DNA of 64,000 bases from Pirellulales bacterium (GTDB taxonomy: Bacteria > Planctomycetota > Planctomycetia > Pirellulales > JAEUIK01). Positions 17,543 to 26,440 of the stretch are shown here, piece by piece (position 1 is the first letter of the stretch; every line of letters begins with the position of its first letter). The stretch covers positions 86,780 to 150,779 of the forward strand of contig JAIESQ010000013.1 of NCBI GenBank assembly GCA_019745975.1. Direction: 5' to 3'. The position numbers and the translations under genes are program-made. The notes under the pieces were generated by a model. It did not search any database, was not told the origin of the DNA, and saw only the letters and a program-made list of their open reading frames with translations.

Positions 17543-18958
17543 ATGGCATCGGTCTACAAGCGGACGTGCAAAAACGGCAAGCCGAGCAAGTATTGGTACT
17601 TTTCCTATACGGACGAGAATGGGAAGCGCCGCATGGCGCGTGGCCTCACCGACAAGCGGCTTACCGAGCAGCTCGCGGCCAAACGCGAGGAGCAAGGGGA
17701 CCGGGTCCGTACCGGTTTAGTCGACCCGGCCGAAAAGCAACGTGCCGAAGCCCGGAAGGCGGCACTCTCATCGCATGTCGATGCGTTTGAGAACCATCTG
17801 AATAGCAAGGGCAATACGGGCAAGCACAACAAGCTGACGCTCAGTCGCATTCGTGCTGTGATTGAAGATGGGGCAATGGCGACGCTCGCCGACTTCACGG
17901 TCGAGGCCGTCGTCGAAGTTCTCCAGGACTTTCAAAAGGAAGATGACATTGGGCACCGGACATACAACCACTACGTCCAGGCGCTCGACGGCTTCGGCCG
18001 CTGGCTGGTCGCTTCCGATCGCGTGCTGAGCAACCCGCTCAAGGGTTTGCCTCGGCTCAATAGTGCCGAAGATGTACGGCACAAGCGCCGTGCGCTCTCG
18101 GCCAAGGAATTGGCCGCGCTGGTCGCCTCGGCAGAGACCAGCAAGAAAAAGGTCCAGGGCTACCCCGGCTGGCTTCGGGCGATCCTGTATCGCTTCGCCT
18201 ATCTCACCGGCCTGCGGCGGCGCGAATTGGGGAGCCTGACGACGAGCAGCTTCCAGTTGGATGATGAGACGCCGATATTGACGGTCGAGGCCGCCTGCTC
18301 GAAGCATCGCAAGAAAGACACCTTGCCGATTCATCCCGAACTCTTGGGCCTTCTCCGCGAATGGCTCCCGACACTCGATGCGGGCGCCCCACTCTTCCCG
18401 AAGTTGGAACGCAAGAAGACCTGGCGGATGGTGAAGACCGACCTCAAGGCAGTCGGCATCGAATACGAAACGGCGGAAGGCATTGCCGACTTCCATGCCT
18501 GTCGGCACTCGCACGTTTCCGGCTTGGTCAACAGCGGCGTGTCGCTGGCCCATGCCCGGCAGCTTGCCCGGCACGGCGACATTCGGATGACGATGAAATA
18601 TTTTCATGGGGACCTCCAGACGCAGGCTGAAGGACTGAGGTCGCTGCCAGGTCTCAATTCACTCGAACCGAAGTCAGAAGCGCTGCCAAAACCCGCAGCC
18701 CGCGATGCGAGCAGCGCGGACAAGGTGCAGCGCAATAGCATCGCGCCAGAGCCCCTTGGGGGTCATTCCGTGTCATTTGCTGGCACGCAAGTGGGCGACG
18801 ATCCGAGCGTCGTACCAATAAAAAACCCCTGCTCTGACAGGGGTTACGACGCCGAGGGTCACTCGGTGTCATCTGGTGGCAAAACTGCCAAAAAGTGGAG
18901 GCGGCGGGAATCGAACCCGCGTCCCGAAACGTTTCCACGCCAGCTTCTACGTGTGTAG
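17543..18958 (+). CDS. Phage-type tyrosine integrase of the tmRNA island
   Basis: N-terminal arm-binding-like MASVYKR...YWYFSYTDENGKRR; YLTGLRRREL, DFHACRHS, LARHGDIRMTMKY; ORF reads through the att site. Confidence 0.92.
   Translation: MASVYKRTCKNGKPSKYWYFSYTDENGKRRMARGLTDKRLTEQLAAKREEQGDRVRTGLVDPAEKQRAEARKAALSSHVDAFENHLNSKGNTGKHNKLTLSRIRAVIEDGAMATLADFTVEAVVEVLQDFQKEDDIGHRTYNHYVQALDGFGRWLVASDRVLSNPLKGLPRLNSAEDVRHKRRALSAKELAALVASAETSKKKVQGYPGWLRAILYRFAYLTGLRRRELGSLTTSSFQLDDETPILTVEAACSKHRKKDTLPIHPELLGLLREWLPTLDAGAPLFPKLERKKTWRMVKTDLKAVGIEYETAEGIADFHACRHSHVSGLVNSGVSLAHARQLARHGDIRMTMKYFHGDLQTQAEGLRSLPGLNSLEPKSEALPKPAARDASSADKVQRNSIAPEPLGGHSVSFAGTQVGDDPSVVPIKNPCSDRGYDAEGHSVSSGGKTAKKWRRRESNPRPETFPRQLLRV
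18760..18881 (+). repeat. Imperfect 26-bp direct repeats next to att (candidate integrase arm sites) with central hairpin
   Basis: GGGTCATTCCGTGTCATTTGCTGGCA (18760-18785) vs GGGTCACTCGGTGTCATCTGGTGGCA (18856-18881), 22/26; AACCCCTG/CAGGGGTT hairpin 18824-18845. Confidence 0.6.
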
Positions 18959-19258
18959 CCGATAGTTTGAGTCTCGCTCTGGCAGCCCCCATCGGCAGGG
19001 TCCGCTTCGAGCCAGCCGGGAACGGTTTTTAACCTCGGGCGTGCCCAGCAGTGACCCGAGGCGAGCTGGAATTGTCAACCGACTTTTGGGCCTCTCCAGC
19101 GGGAGCCCCGCAGTCGGGGATGCCTATTTAACTAGGCAGCCAAAGCATAGGAACCTTCGGCAATTGAAGGTATTGGTCGGCTTTTTAACGTGGCCAGCTG
19201 ACCAACCACGACACGCCACTTGCGCTTCAATCCGTCCGGTCGAACCCAGTTCGCCCCC
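18896..19258 (-). ncRNA. ssrA: tmRNA; tag peptide (A)AEGSYALAA encoded at 19161-19132
   Basis: 5' GGGGGCG pairs with 3' CGCCTCC-A; T-arm GCGGGTTCGATTCCCGC; internal ORF ending YALAA-stop; ~363 nt. Confidence 0.96.
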
Positions 19259-19435
19259 GGGTACAAACAGCCCGCAACTGGCCAGGGGAATGCGGCCAAG
19301 CGACAGGCTGCCGAAGGCAATTCTACCCCGATCTTCGCGGCCAAGCCAGTTGGAGTTTTTTGGCCAGGCGCGGCTGAACTTGTAGATTGGACGTCGATTC
19401 AACTTCAATGCGGCCAGTGGCGGGAGTCGCGACAC

Positions 19436-19819
19436 ATGCCAGCTCGTCGACGGCCGACTAGTTCGATCCGAGCCAAGCCGCCAGTGCGATCGTCGTACGA
19501 CGAATCGCTGGCGCGCCGCGTCCGTCACCTGCTCGCACGCAAGCCGGGTATCGCCGAGAAGCGGATGTTTGGCGGTCTGGCATTCCTCGTCGACGGCAAC
19601 ATGTGTGTCGGCATCTGGAAGGAATCGTTGATCGCGCGGCTGGGGCCCGAACAAGCCGCAGTTGCCCTGCGGCAGCCGGACGTTCGAGAGTTCGACGTGA
19701 CGGGGCGGCCGATGCGTGGTTGGGTGATGATCGATGCCCCCCAATTGGCCGACGACGTCGAGCTCGACGACTGGATCGGGCAGTGCCTGCGTTTCGTGCG
19801 CACGCTGCCGGCGAAGTGA
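19436..19819 (+). CDS. TfoX/Sxy N-terminal domain protein
   Basis: YDESLARRVR...EKRMFGGLAFLVDGNMCVGI...GRPMRGWVMI. Confidence 0.85.
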   Translation: MPARRRPTSSIRAKPPVRSSYDESLARRVRHLLARKPGIAEKRMFGGLAFLVDGNMCVGIWKESLIARLGPEQAAVALRQPDVREFDVTGRPMRGWVMIDAPQLADDVELDDWIGQCLRFVRTLPAK

Positions 19820-19869
19820 GGTCGCAGCTCATATCACGCGGCATCTCGTGCGCGCGATCAAAACGGCGG

Positions 19870-19896
19870 GCACTGCTTCTGCGAAGCAGTGGCACA
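19870..19896. repeat. REP palindrome, family A (GCACTGCTTCTGCGAAGCAGTGGCACA)
   Basis: Identical copy at 23911-23937; related copies near 32781, 39436, 51152, 54201, 54944. Confidence 0.85.
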
Positions 19897-19937
19897 CACG
19901 GGCGGCATTGTCGGCGCCTAAGTTCACGTGAGTCATG

Positions 19938-20930
19938 TCACGCGGCGCGGGCCGAGCGATCGCTGGCCAACGCGCGACCCAGCTCGCCGTCGACGTTGTG
20001 CATCTCGCGGATCGTGTACGGTTCCTTGCGCTGCACTTCGTAGTAGATGCGCGCTCCCAACTCGCCGAGCATGCCGAGCACGACGAACTGGAAACCCGCC
20101 AGCGTAGCCGTGGTGGCCAACATCAACAGCGGGTTGCCCGTCATGTCGACGTGCCCGAACAGCTTCATCGCAACCGTGGTCAGAGCCGCGGTCAGCCCGA
20201 CGGCCAAGCTCCCCAGCCCGATGCCGCCGAAGAGTTTCATCGGGCTGGCCAGGTACTGAATCAGATACTTGACCGTGATCAGGTCGAGCACCACGCGCAG
20301 CGTGCGCGACAAGCCATATTTCGATTGGCCGAAGCGGCGCGGATGATGCCGAGTGACAATCTCGGCGCAGCGCGCTCCATGCCAGTGTGCCAGGATTGGA
20401 ATGAAGCGGTGCATTTCGCCGAAGAGGTGCAGGTCGCGGGCGATGTCGCGGCGCACCGCCTTGAGCGTGCAGCCCAAGTCGTGCACCGGGAACTTCGTCA
20501 CCCGCGCGATCAGACGATTGGCCAACAGCGACGGTAACCGGCGCGTGAGGAACTTGTCGTGGCGCTCCTTGCGCCAGCCGTGCACAAGGTCATAGCCTTC
20601 GTCGAGCTTGGCCAAGAGCAGGGGAATGTCCGCCGGATCGTTTTGCAGATCGGCGTCCATGGTCACAATCACGTCGCCGGCGGCCAGGTGTAGCCCGGCG
20701 CTCATGGCGGCGGTCTGGCCGTAGTTGCGGCGGAAAGTCACGACTTTGACGGCCGGATCGAGCTTGGCCATGCGGGCCAGTTCGGCGGTCGAGCTATCGG
20801 TCGAGCCGTCGTCGACGAAGAGCATCTCGAACGGGCGATCGAGCCCTTCAAGTACCGGCCGCAGCGCCGCGTGCAAGCGTGGCAGATTCTCGATCTCGTT
20901 ATAGACCGGAATGACGACCGACACGCTCAT
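19938..20930 (-). CDS. GT2 polyprenol-phosphate glycosyltransferase (ArnC-like)
   Basis: SVVIPVYNE, VDDGSTD, RRNYGQTAA, MDADLQNDP; two C-terminal TM helices. Confidence 0.92.
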   Translation of the reverse strand: MSVSVVIPVYNEIENLPRLHAALRPVLEGLDRPFEMLFVDDGSTDSSTAELARMAKLDPAVKVVTFRRNYGQTAAMSAGLHLAAGDVIVTMDADLQNDPADIPLLLAKLDEGYDLVHGWRKERHDKFLTRRLPSLLANRLIARVTKFPVHDLGCTLKAVRRDIARDLHLFGEMHRFIPILAHWHGARCAEIVTRHHPRRFGQSKYGLSRTLRVVLDLITVKYLIQYLASPMKLFGGIGLGSLAVGLTAALTTVAMKLFGHVDMTGNPLLMLATTATLAGFQFVVLGMLGELGARIYYEVQRKEPYTIREMHNVDGELGRALASDRSARAA

Positions 20931-20972
20931 GGAAGGAGCTCCTCGTAACGGTTGCTCGCGAACGACGTCGTA

Positions 20973-22841
20973 TCAGCGCGATTGTCGGTTGCCCGTGCGC
21001 GATGCCCTGGCCAGATTGTCCGGGCGCGCCAGGAGCACCAGGTCGTGTCGCCGCAAGAAGCGGCGCTGCCGCGCCAACTCACGAAACCCACCAGGCAGCC
21101 TCGCACGCACCTGATCGAGGTCCTTGTCGCGCACCAGCAGCACGGGATTGCGCGACTGGGCGACCTGCTGTTCAAACGCATCGAGACTGTCGAAGTGGCG
21201 TACTTGATTGCCGGAGTAGAACACCAGGCCTGGCTCAAAATGGTTCAGTGTTACCCAATCGGCCGCGGGGCCGACCTGCTCGCGCGCCACGGTTGCGAAG
21301 CCTGCGCTGGTCTGGTGCCTGGCGACGCGCACGGCGGCCACGGAAAAAAGTGCTACCGCAAAGACAACACCCATCACCATCAAGGTGTGCACGGCCCGGG
21401 TGATTCGTTCCTGCATTGCGAAGCGCCAGGCCAGCGCGCCGCCGACCAGCGGGATCAAACCGATCAGGCACAGCAGTGTTTCGCCGGGGAGCAAGATGTA
21501 GGCCACGATCGGCAGCACAACGACGAGCCCAATGCCAACACAGACGTACGTGCCGAGTGCCAGCGCAACCAGCTTACGACTGACTTCGCGCGGGCGAGCG
21601 ATCCAGCAGTCGAGAAACACGCCGGTCAACAGCGCCAGCGCCGGATACGCCGGCAGCACATAGTTCGGCAGCTTCGTACGGCAGAGCGAGAAGAAGACGA
21701 AGTACGTCGCCGCCCAGCAAGCGACGAACAGGTCGCTGGCGTGTATCGCGTCGCGCTGGTGCACGCGCCGCCACCAGGTGACGAGCGTCAACAGCAAGAG
21801 CATCGACCAGGGAAAGAACGTCACGTGCACGACCGCGGGATGGTAGAAGATCGTGCCGCGATGCCCTTCGAGCGGCTGCAAGAAGCGATTCACGTTGTGC
21901 TTGCCAAGAAAGCCGGCAAGCCATTGGCCATCGGTTTCGAGCCCCACGGCGAGATACCAAGGCAAGGCGACGAGCGCCACAACCGCCATGCCCGTCATCG
22001 GCCGCAGCGCCCAGAGTACCTTCACGACGTGGCTGGGGCGGAGGCAATCGGCCACGGTCCAGCAAACGGCGCGCACGCGTGATCGCCAGCCCGGCGGGTT
22101 GCTCGCGCAACCCGTCTCGGCGCGCGGCTCCCGGGCCATGACTAGCAGGAAGGTCGCCAACACACCGATCGGCAATACCACGCCCACGGGGCCCTTGGTT
22201 AGCACGGCCAGCCCCAACAGGGCGTACATCGCGATCCACCAGCCAATCGAGCGCGGAAGGTAGCGTCGCCAGCGCGGGTCGAAGTGCCGAGCCGGCTCTT
22301 TGGCGACACTGCTGGACAAGCCAGCAGTGGCACCCAACGTCGCGTCACCGTCGGCGATCGACAGCCAGCCGGCCGAGCCGGCCACGCCGCGCACATAGGC
22401 CAGCGCGCCGGCCGTGATGAAGAAGATCAGAGTCGAGTCAGGCGTCGAGGCTCGGCCCACGACGTCGAACATCAGGCTCGTGGCCAGAATGATCGCGGCC
22501 CAGAAACCTACCTGCGGTCGATAGAGCAACCGGCCGAGGTGATACACCATGAGCACGGTACCGATGGCCAAAAGCGCCGAGGGGAGCCGCGCCGCCAGCT
22601 CGTTGACCCCCAGCACGTGATACGACGAGAGCATCAGCCAGTAGAGCAGCACCGGTTTGTCGGTCCGCAACTCGTGGTTGAAGGTCGGCACGATCCAGTC
22701 GCCGCGGGCGAACATCTCGGCGCCGCAAGCGGCGTTCTTGGGTTCATCCTCGTCGAACAAAGTGGCCGACCCCAGATTCGCCAGCAGAACCAACGCGGCG
22801 ATCGAGACAATCAACACTTGTTGACGGGCGGATGATAGCAT
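20973..22841 (-). CDS. ArnT/PMT-like GT-C membrane glycosyltransferase
   Basis: FDEDEPKNA, DKPVLLYW, ARLPSAL, LTKGPVG, TKLPNYVLPAYP; multiple TM helices. Confidence 0.9.
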   Translation of the reverse strand: MLSSARQQVLIVSIAALVLLANLGSATLFDEDEPKNAACGAEMFARGDWIVPTFNHELRTDKPVLLYWLMLSSYHVLGVNELAARLPSALLAIGTVLMVYHLGRLLYRPQVGFWAAIILATSLMFDVVGRASTPDSTLIFFITAGALAYVRGVAGSAGWLSIADGDATLGATAGLSSSVAKEPARHFDPRWRRYLPRSIGWWIAMYALLGLAVLTKGPVGVVLPIGVLATFLLVMAREPRAETGCASNPPGWRSRVRAVCWTVADCLRPSHVVKVLWALRPMTGMAVVALVALPWYLAVGLETDGQWLAGFLGKHNVNRFLQPLEGHRGTIFYHPAVVHVTFFPWSMLLLLTLVTWWRRVHQRDAIHASDLFVACWAATYFVFFSLCRTKLPNYVLPAYPALALLTGVFLDCWIARPREVSRKLVALALGTYVCVGIGLVVVLPIVAYILLPGETLLCLIGLIPLVGGALAWRFAMQERITRAVHTLMVMGVVFAVALFSVAAVRVARHQTSAGFATVAREQVGPAADWVTLNHFEPGLVFYSGNQVRHFDSLDAFEQQVAQSRNPVLLVRDKDLDQVRARLPGGFRELARQRRFLRRHDLVLLARPDNLARASRTGNRQSR

Positions 22842-23097
22842 GCTGGCAACTCGCGCGCAAAACGGGCCTGGCGACTCGGAAGACCGATCGGGGCGCGAAG
22901 TCTAGGGATCGCTCGCGGTCGCGCCAACGCCACTTGATCCGCGAGCCGCTGATCACGGTGCGCTTTCATCTTGCAGCGTTCTGGCAGCAGGGGCAGCCCT
23001 GAAGATCGCAAAACGCGCCTTGCGTTGGGCGGCCGGTAAAGCGACGATTCGCCCCCCGCGCAGCGCGGATGCTTGCGAGCGGAGTGGAGAGCCAGCC

Positions 23098-23898
23098 ATG
23101 ATCGATTCCGAAGGATTTCGCGACGGCGATCTGCGACGCGACGCGCCGCATCGCGGTCGCGATCTGGCGAGCGCCTCGCGCGGAGCGACTTCTTTGGCCC
23201 GGCCGCCGCAGTCAGGATCAATTCCGGCCGCCAGCGGAATTCGGCCGTGGCCGCGGCGATCGATCGCCTTGTTACTGCTTGCATCGCTCGGCGCTCTTTC
23301 GATCGACATGGCGCTGGCCCGCTGGTGCGCGGCAGGGAACGTCCCCAAGAACATGCATCGCTTGCTGGAGACCGCTGAAGATTTCGGGAACGGCTTTGGA
23401 GTCGTTCTGATCGCCCTGGCGATTGGCGTACTCGATCCCGCGCGCCGTCGCGCGCTAGTGCGCGTGCTCACCGCGGCTTATGGAGCCGGATTGGCGGCCA
23501 ATGCCGTTAAGATCCTCCTCGTGCGGTTTCGCCCGCGCGAGTTGAACTTAGTGGCGAGCGGATTGTCCGACACGTTTGGCGGCGTACTCGGACTGGGCGA
23601 TGGCCGCAGCCATAGCTTTCCTTCGGCTCATACAGCGACCGCGGTTGGCCTCGCGCTGCTGCTGGGCTGGCTCTACCCACGCGGCCGCTGGTACTTCGCG
23701 GCCTTGGCCGTGCTTGTCGGCGCGCAGCGCGTCGCGGTCGGGGCACATTTCCTAAGCGATGTGCTTGTGGGGGCGGCACTTGGCTTGGCGGTGGGGTGGT
23801 GCTGCACGGGTTGGCAGCGCGGAGCCGAGAGGTTCACGCGGTTTGAGACGCGTGGCGCCTTGCGGGCGGTCAAATCGGTCGGCGCGACATTGCAATAG
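23098..23898 (+). CDS. PAP2-family phosphatase
   Basis: KILLVRFRP, SFPSAH, QRVAVGAHFLSDV catalytic motifs. Confidence 0.88.
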   Translation: MIDSEGFRDGDLRRDAPHRGRDLASASRGATSLARPPQSGSIPAASGIRPWPRRSIALLLLASLGALSIDMALARWCAAGNVPKNMHRLLETAEDFGNGFGVVLIALAIGVLDPARRRALVRVLTAAYGAGLAANAVKILLVRFRPRELNLVASGLSDTFGGVLGLGDGRSHSFPSAHTATAVGLALLLGWLYPRGRWYFAALAVLVGAQRVAVGAHFLSDVLVGAALGLAVGWCCTGWQRGAERFTRFETRGALRAVKSVGATLQ

Positions 23899-23910
23899 CG
23901 CGCTACACTA

Positions 23911-23937
23911 GCACTGCTTCTGCGAAGCAGTGGCACA
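23911..23937. repeat. REP palindrome, family A
   Basis: Identical to 19870-19896; between convergent genes. Confidence 0.85.
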
Positions 23938-23974
23938 CCGTCGACGCAGCTCCCTAAACCCTGAACGACCTGGC

Positions 23975-24520
23975 CTAGCGCGGGATATTCAGGTCGCGGA
24001 TCGTCAGCAGCGTGCTGAGCTTGGCGCCGTGGACGGCAAATGCGTCGGCGCCTCCCTCCAACCGATCGACGATTGCCAGCACGCGGTCGACCTTGAGGCC
24101 GAAGTCGCGTGCCCGCTCGAGCGCCGCCATCGCCGAGCCGCCGGTGGTGATGACGTCCTCGACGATCACGGCCGAGTTGCCCGGCTGCACGGGCCCTTCG
24201 ACGAACTTGTTGGTGCCGTGTCCCTTGGCTTCTTTACGCACCATGAAGCCGACCAGCGGCAGGCCGCGGACGCCAGCCAAGGTGACGATCGCGGCCGTGA
24301 TCGGATCGGCGCCGATCGCCAATCCGCCCACGGCGGCCGGCAGCGATTCGCCCAAGAGCTCGAGCATCCCTTCGGCCACGAGCCGCGCGCCGGCGGCGTC
24401 GAGCGTGATCTGCTTGAGATCGAGGTAGAAGTTCGCCTTCTTCCCCGACGCCAAAGTGAAATCGCCGAGCTTGAGGGCCTTGGCGTGAATCAAATCGAGC
24501 AACTGCTGGCTGTCGTACAC
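23975..24520 (-). CDS. pyrE: Orotate phosphoribosyltransferase
   Basis: GDFTLASGKKANFYLD, VRKEAKGHG, IVEDVITTGGS PRPP motif. Confidence 0.96.
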   Translation of the reverse strand: MYDSQQLLDLIHAKALKLGDFTLASGKKANFYLDLKQITLDAAGARLVAEGMLELLGESLPAAVGGLAIGADPITAAIVTLAGVRGLPLVGFMVRKEAKGHGTNKFVEGPVQPGNSAVIVEDVITTGGSAMAALERARDFGLKVDRVLAIVDRLEGGADAFAVHGAKLSTLLTIRDLNIPR

Positions 24521-24623
24521 GGCGCGTCTCGCGGGTGGGGCAACGTCGCTCGCGTTGTCCTGTGACTCGTCGAGCGGAGTCCCTCTATAGCAGGAGACGC
24601 TCAGACACGCCAGCGGCCAATGC

Positions 24624-26144
24624 CTACCGCCGAATCACGACCTTCGACCCGACCGACAAGATGTCGTACACGTCGTGTATGTCGCGATCGCTCAAGCGGA
24701 TGCAGCCGCGCTCATCGGCGCGCGCCGGCCCTTGCGGATCGTTCGAGCCGTGGATCCCCAATTGCTGCCCGAGCGAAATCCAGCGTTCCCCCAGCGGGTT
24801 GGCCGGATCGTCGGCGCCGATCACCTGGTCGGGCCCGTAATAGATTGGGTTCTCGACTTTGTCCTTCACCTCAAAGTTGCCCGGCGGGGCAACTTGATCG
24901 CGACCCACATCGATGGGGAAGCTGCCGGCGTAGCGCCCTTCAATCCACAGCGTGAGTAGTTTTTGATTGAGATCGACGACGGCCGAAAACGGGCCGCGCA
25001 CGACCTTGAGCTTTTCGCCCGGGCGAACCTGGCTCGGATCAGCGATGCCGTTGATCTTGGCCAGCAGTTGCCAGGGGATCTGATAGCGGTCCGCGACGTG
25101 CTGCAGGGTTTCGCCCGGCGGCAATTCGTACGGCGGCTCGACGAGCGACTCCTGCGAATAGACGACCGTGCCGGCCAACTGATCGAGCAGATCGTGAATC
25201 TCGCGCCGCTCAATCTCGCTTAAGCGCGGGTCGTTGTGCCAGCGCGATAGTTCGAGATGCGCGTCGGCCAGACGATCCTGGTCGAGCAAGTGACGCACGT
25301 TGGTCATCGTGCTGGCGAATTCGGCGCGCACGTCGGACGCGCCGCCCGTGGGCGGTGTGCTCGCGCCGGCGGCCGGTGGTGCAGCGCCGTCAACAGGCGC
25401 GAAAGGCGCCGCGGTTGCGGGAGCGACACCATCACCAGGTATCTGGCTGGGAGCGCCTGCTGCCTCGGGATACGCGGCCGGGGGCGCGAATTGGTCGCCT
25501 GCGGATGCGGAAGTTTGCGCTGGATCGAATGGCGGCGCGGCGGTGTTGGCTGCCGGCGCCGTGCCAAAGGGTGGCGCCGCACTATCGGCCGGAGCAACTC
25601 CCGCCCCACCTGGAGCGGCAGTGGGCCAGGCCGAATCGGTCGCCGGCGCTGTCGAATCAAACGCCGTTGCCGGCGGAGCGTCGAGACTCGCCGTAGTCGG
25701 TGGCTGCAAATCAGCGACCGGTGCGCCGGTGCCAACGGGAGGCGCTTCGGTCCCTGGCGGATGGGCGTTGGCCGCGTAGTTCGGTGGGGCTGATGTTGTC
25801 GGCGGGCCCGCGAATTGGGCGGCCGACGGAGCGTCGCTCCAAGCCGATTGAGCTGGCGCTGCCTCGCCGCTGGGCGCGACGGGCGCAAAGGGAGGCGCAT
25901 CGCCAACCGGCGCGCCGCTCGCCGGAGCAGCGTGCCCTTCGACGCCACCAGGCATGCTGATCGGCGGAAACGACGGCGCCGGCCCAGCGCCATCGCCAGG
26001 CATCTGCACGACCGGCACATTCGCCCAATCGTCGGGGATCGCCTCGGGCGGGTCCTTCGGTGGACGCCGATTCAGCGTGGCATAGACGCCGTAACCGACG
26101 GCGCCGAGGATGGCAAACACGATCATCGTTCGCAGCGTGCTCAC
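24624..26144 (-). CDS. LysM + L,D-transpeptidase (YkuD) protein with N-terminal anchor and Pro/Ala-rich linker
   Basis: LysM GETLQHVADRYQIPWQLLAKING; catalytic LGIHGS...GCIRL. Confidence 0.88.
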   Translation of the reverse strand: MSTLRTMIVFAILGAVGYGVYATLNRRPPKDPPEAIPDDWANVPVVQMPGDGAGPAPSFPPISMPGGVEGHAAPASGAPVGDAPPFAPVAPSGEAAPAQSAWSDAPSAAQFAGPPTTSAPPNYAANAHPPGTEAPPVGTGAPVADLQPPTTASLDAPPATAFDSTAPATDSAWPTAAPGGAGVAPADSAAPPFGTAPAANTAAPPFDPAQTSASAGDQFAPPAAYPEAAGAPSQIPGDGVAPATAAPFAPVDGAAPPAAGASTPPTGGASDVRAEFASTMTNVRHLLDQDRLADAHLELSRWHNDPRLSEIERREIHDLLDQLAGTVVYSQESLVEPPYELPPGETLQHVADRYQIPWQLLAKINGIADPSQVRPGEKLKVVRGPFSAVVDLNQKLLTLWIEGRYAGSFPIDVGRDQVAPPGNFEVKDKVENPIYYGPDQVIGADDPANPLGERWISLGQQLGIHGSNDPQGPARADERGCIRLSDRDIHDVYDILSVGSKVVIRR

Positions 26145-26440
26145 CGACCGGTCCTCCTTGACCCTGTCGCGCAAAAACCCAACGCGCACCATCGGCGCGG
26201 GGCGGGATCATAGGCGAAGCGGCCCGGCGATGCTACGTCAGAGTGGCTAACACATCGGGCGGAAGCGGCGCTGCTGGCTGCGGTGCTAGCACCCAGGACT
26301 GCCATTAACCTCGTCGGGCAAAGCTCTGGACGCCGCGGACCAAAGCCTGCTGTCGCGGCATCGGCCGCGCGGCGGTCGGCGAAAGCGTCCGGATCAGACA
26401 CGGACTGAGCAACTGGCGAAAGCGATCTTCGACCAATCGA

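Larger units (their letters stand above)
1..18895. mobile_element. Genomic island / integrative element inserted at the 3' end of tmRNA (left boundary outside window)
   Basis: Tyrosine integrase and AlpA-like excisionase abut the ssrA 3' end; ParB-like and VirD4-like genes, IS elements and accessory cargo lie upstream; no second copy of the ssrA 3' end noticed in the window. Confidence 0.85.

Noticed and set aside
1..18000. Second att site (duplicate of ssrA 3' end)
   Set aside because: Not seen by eye in the window; presumably further left, so island size cannot be given.
18896..18925. tRNA-like 3' end
   Set aside because: It is the tRNA-like domain of tmRNA (matching 5' end at 19258 and tag ORF), not a tRNA.
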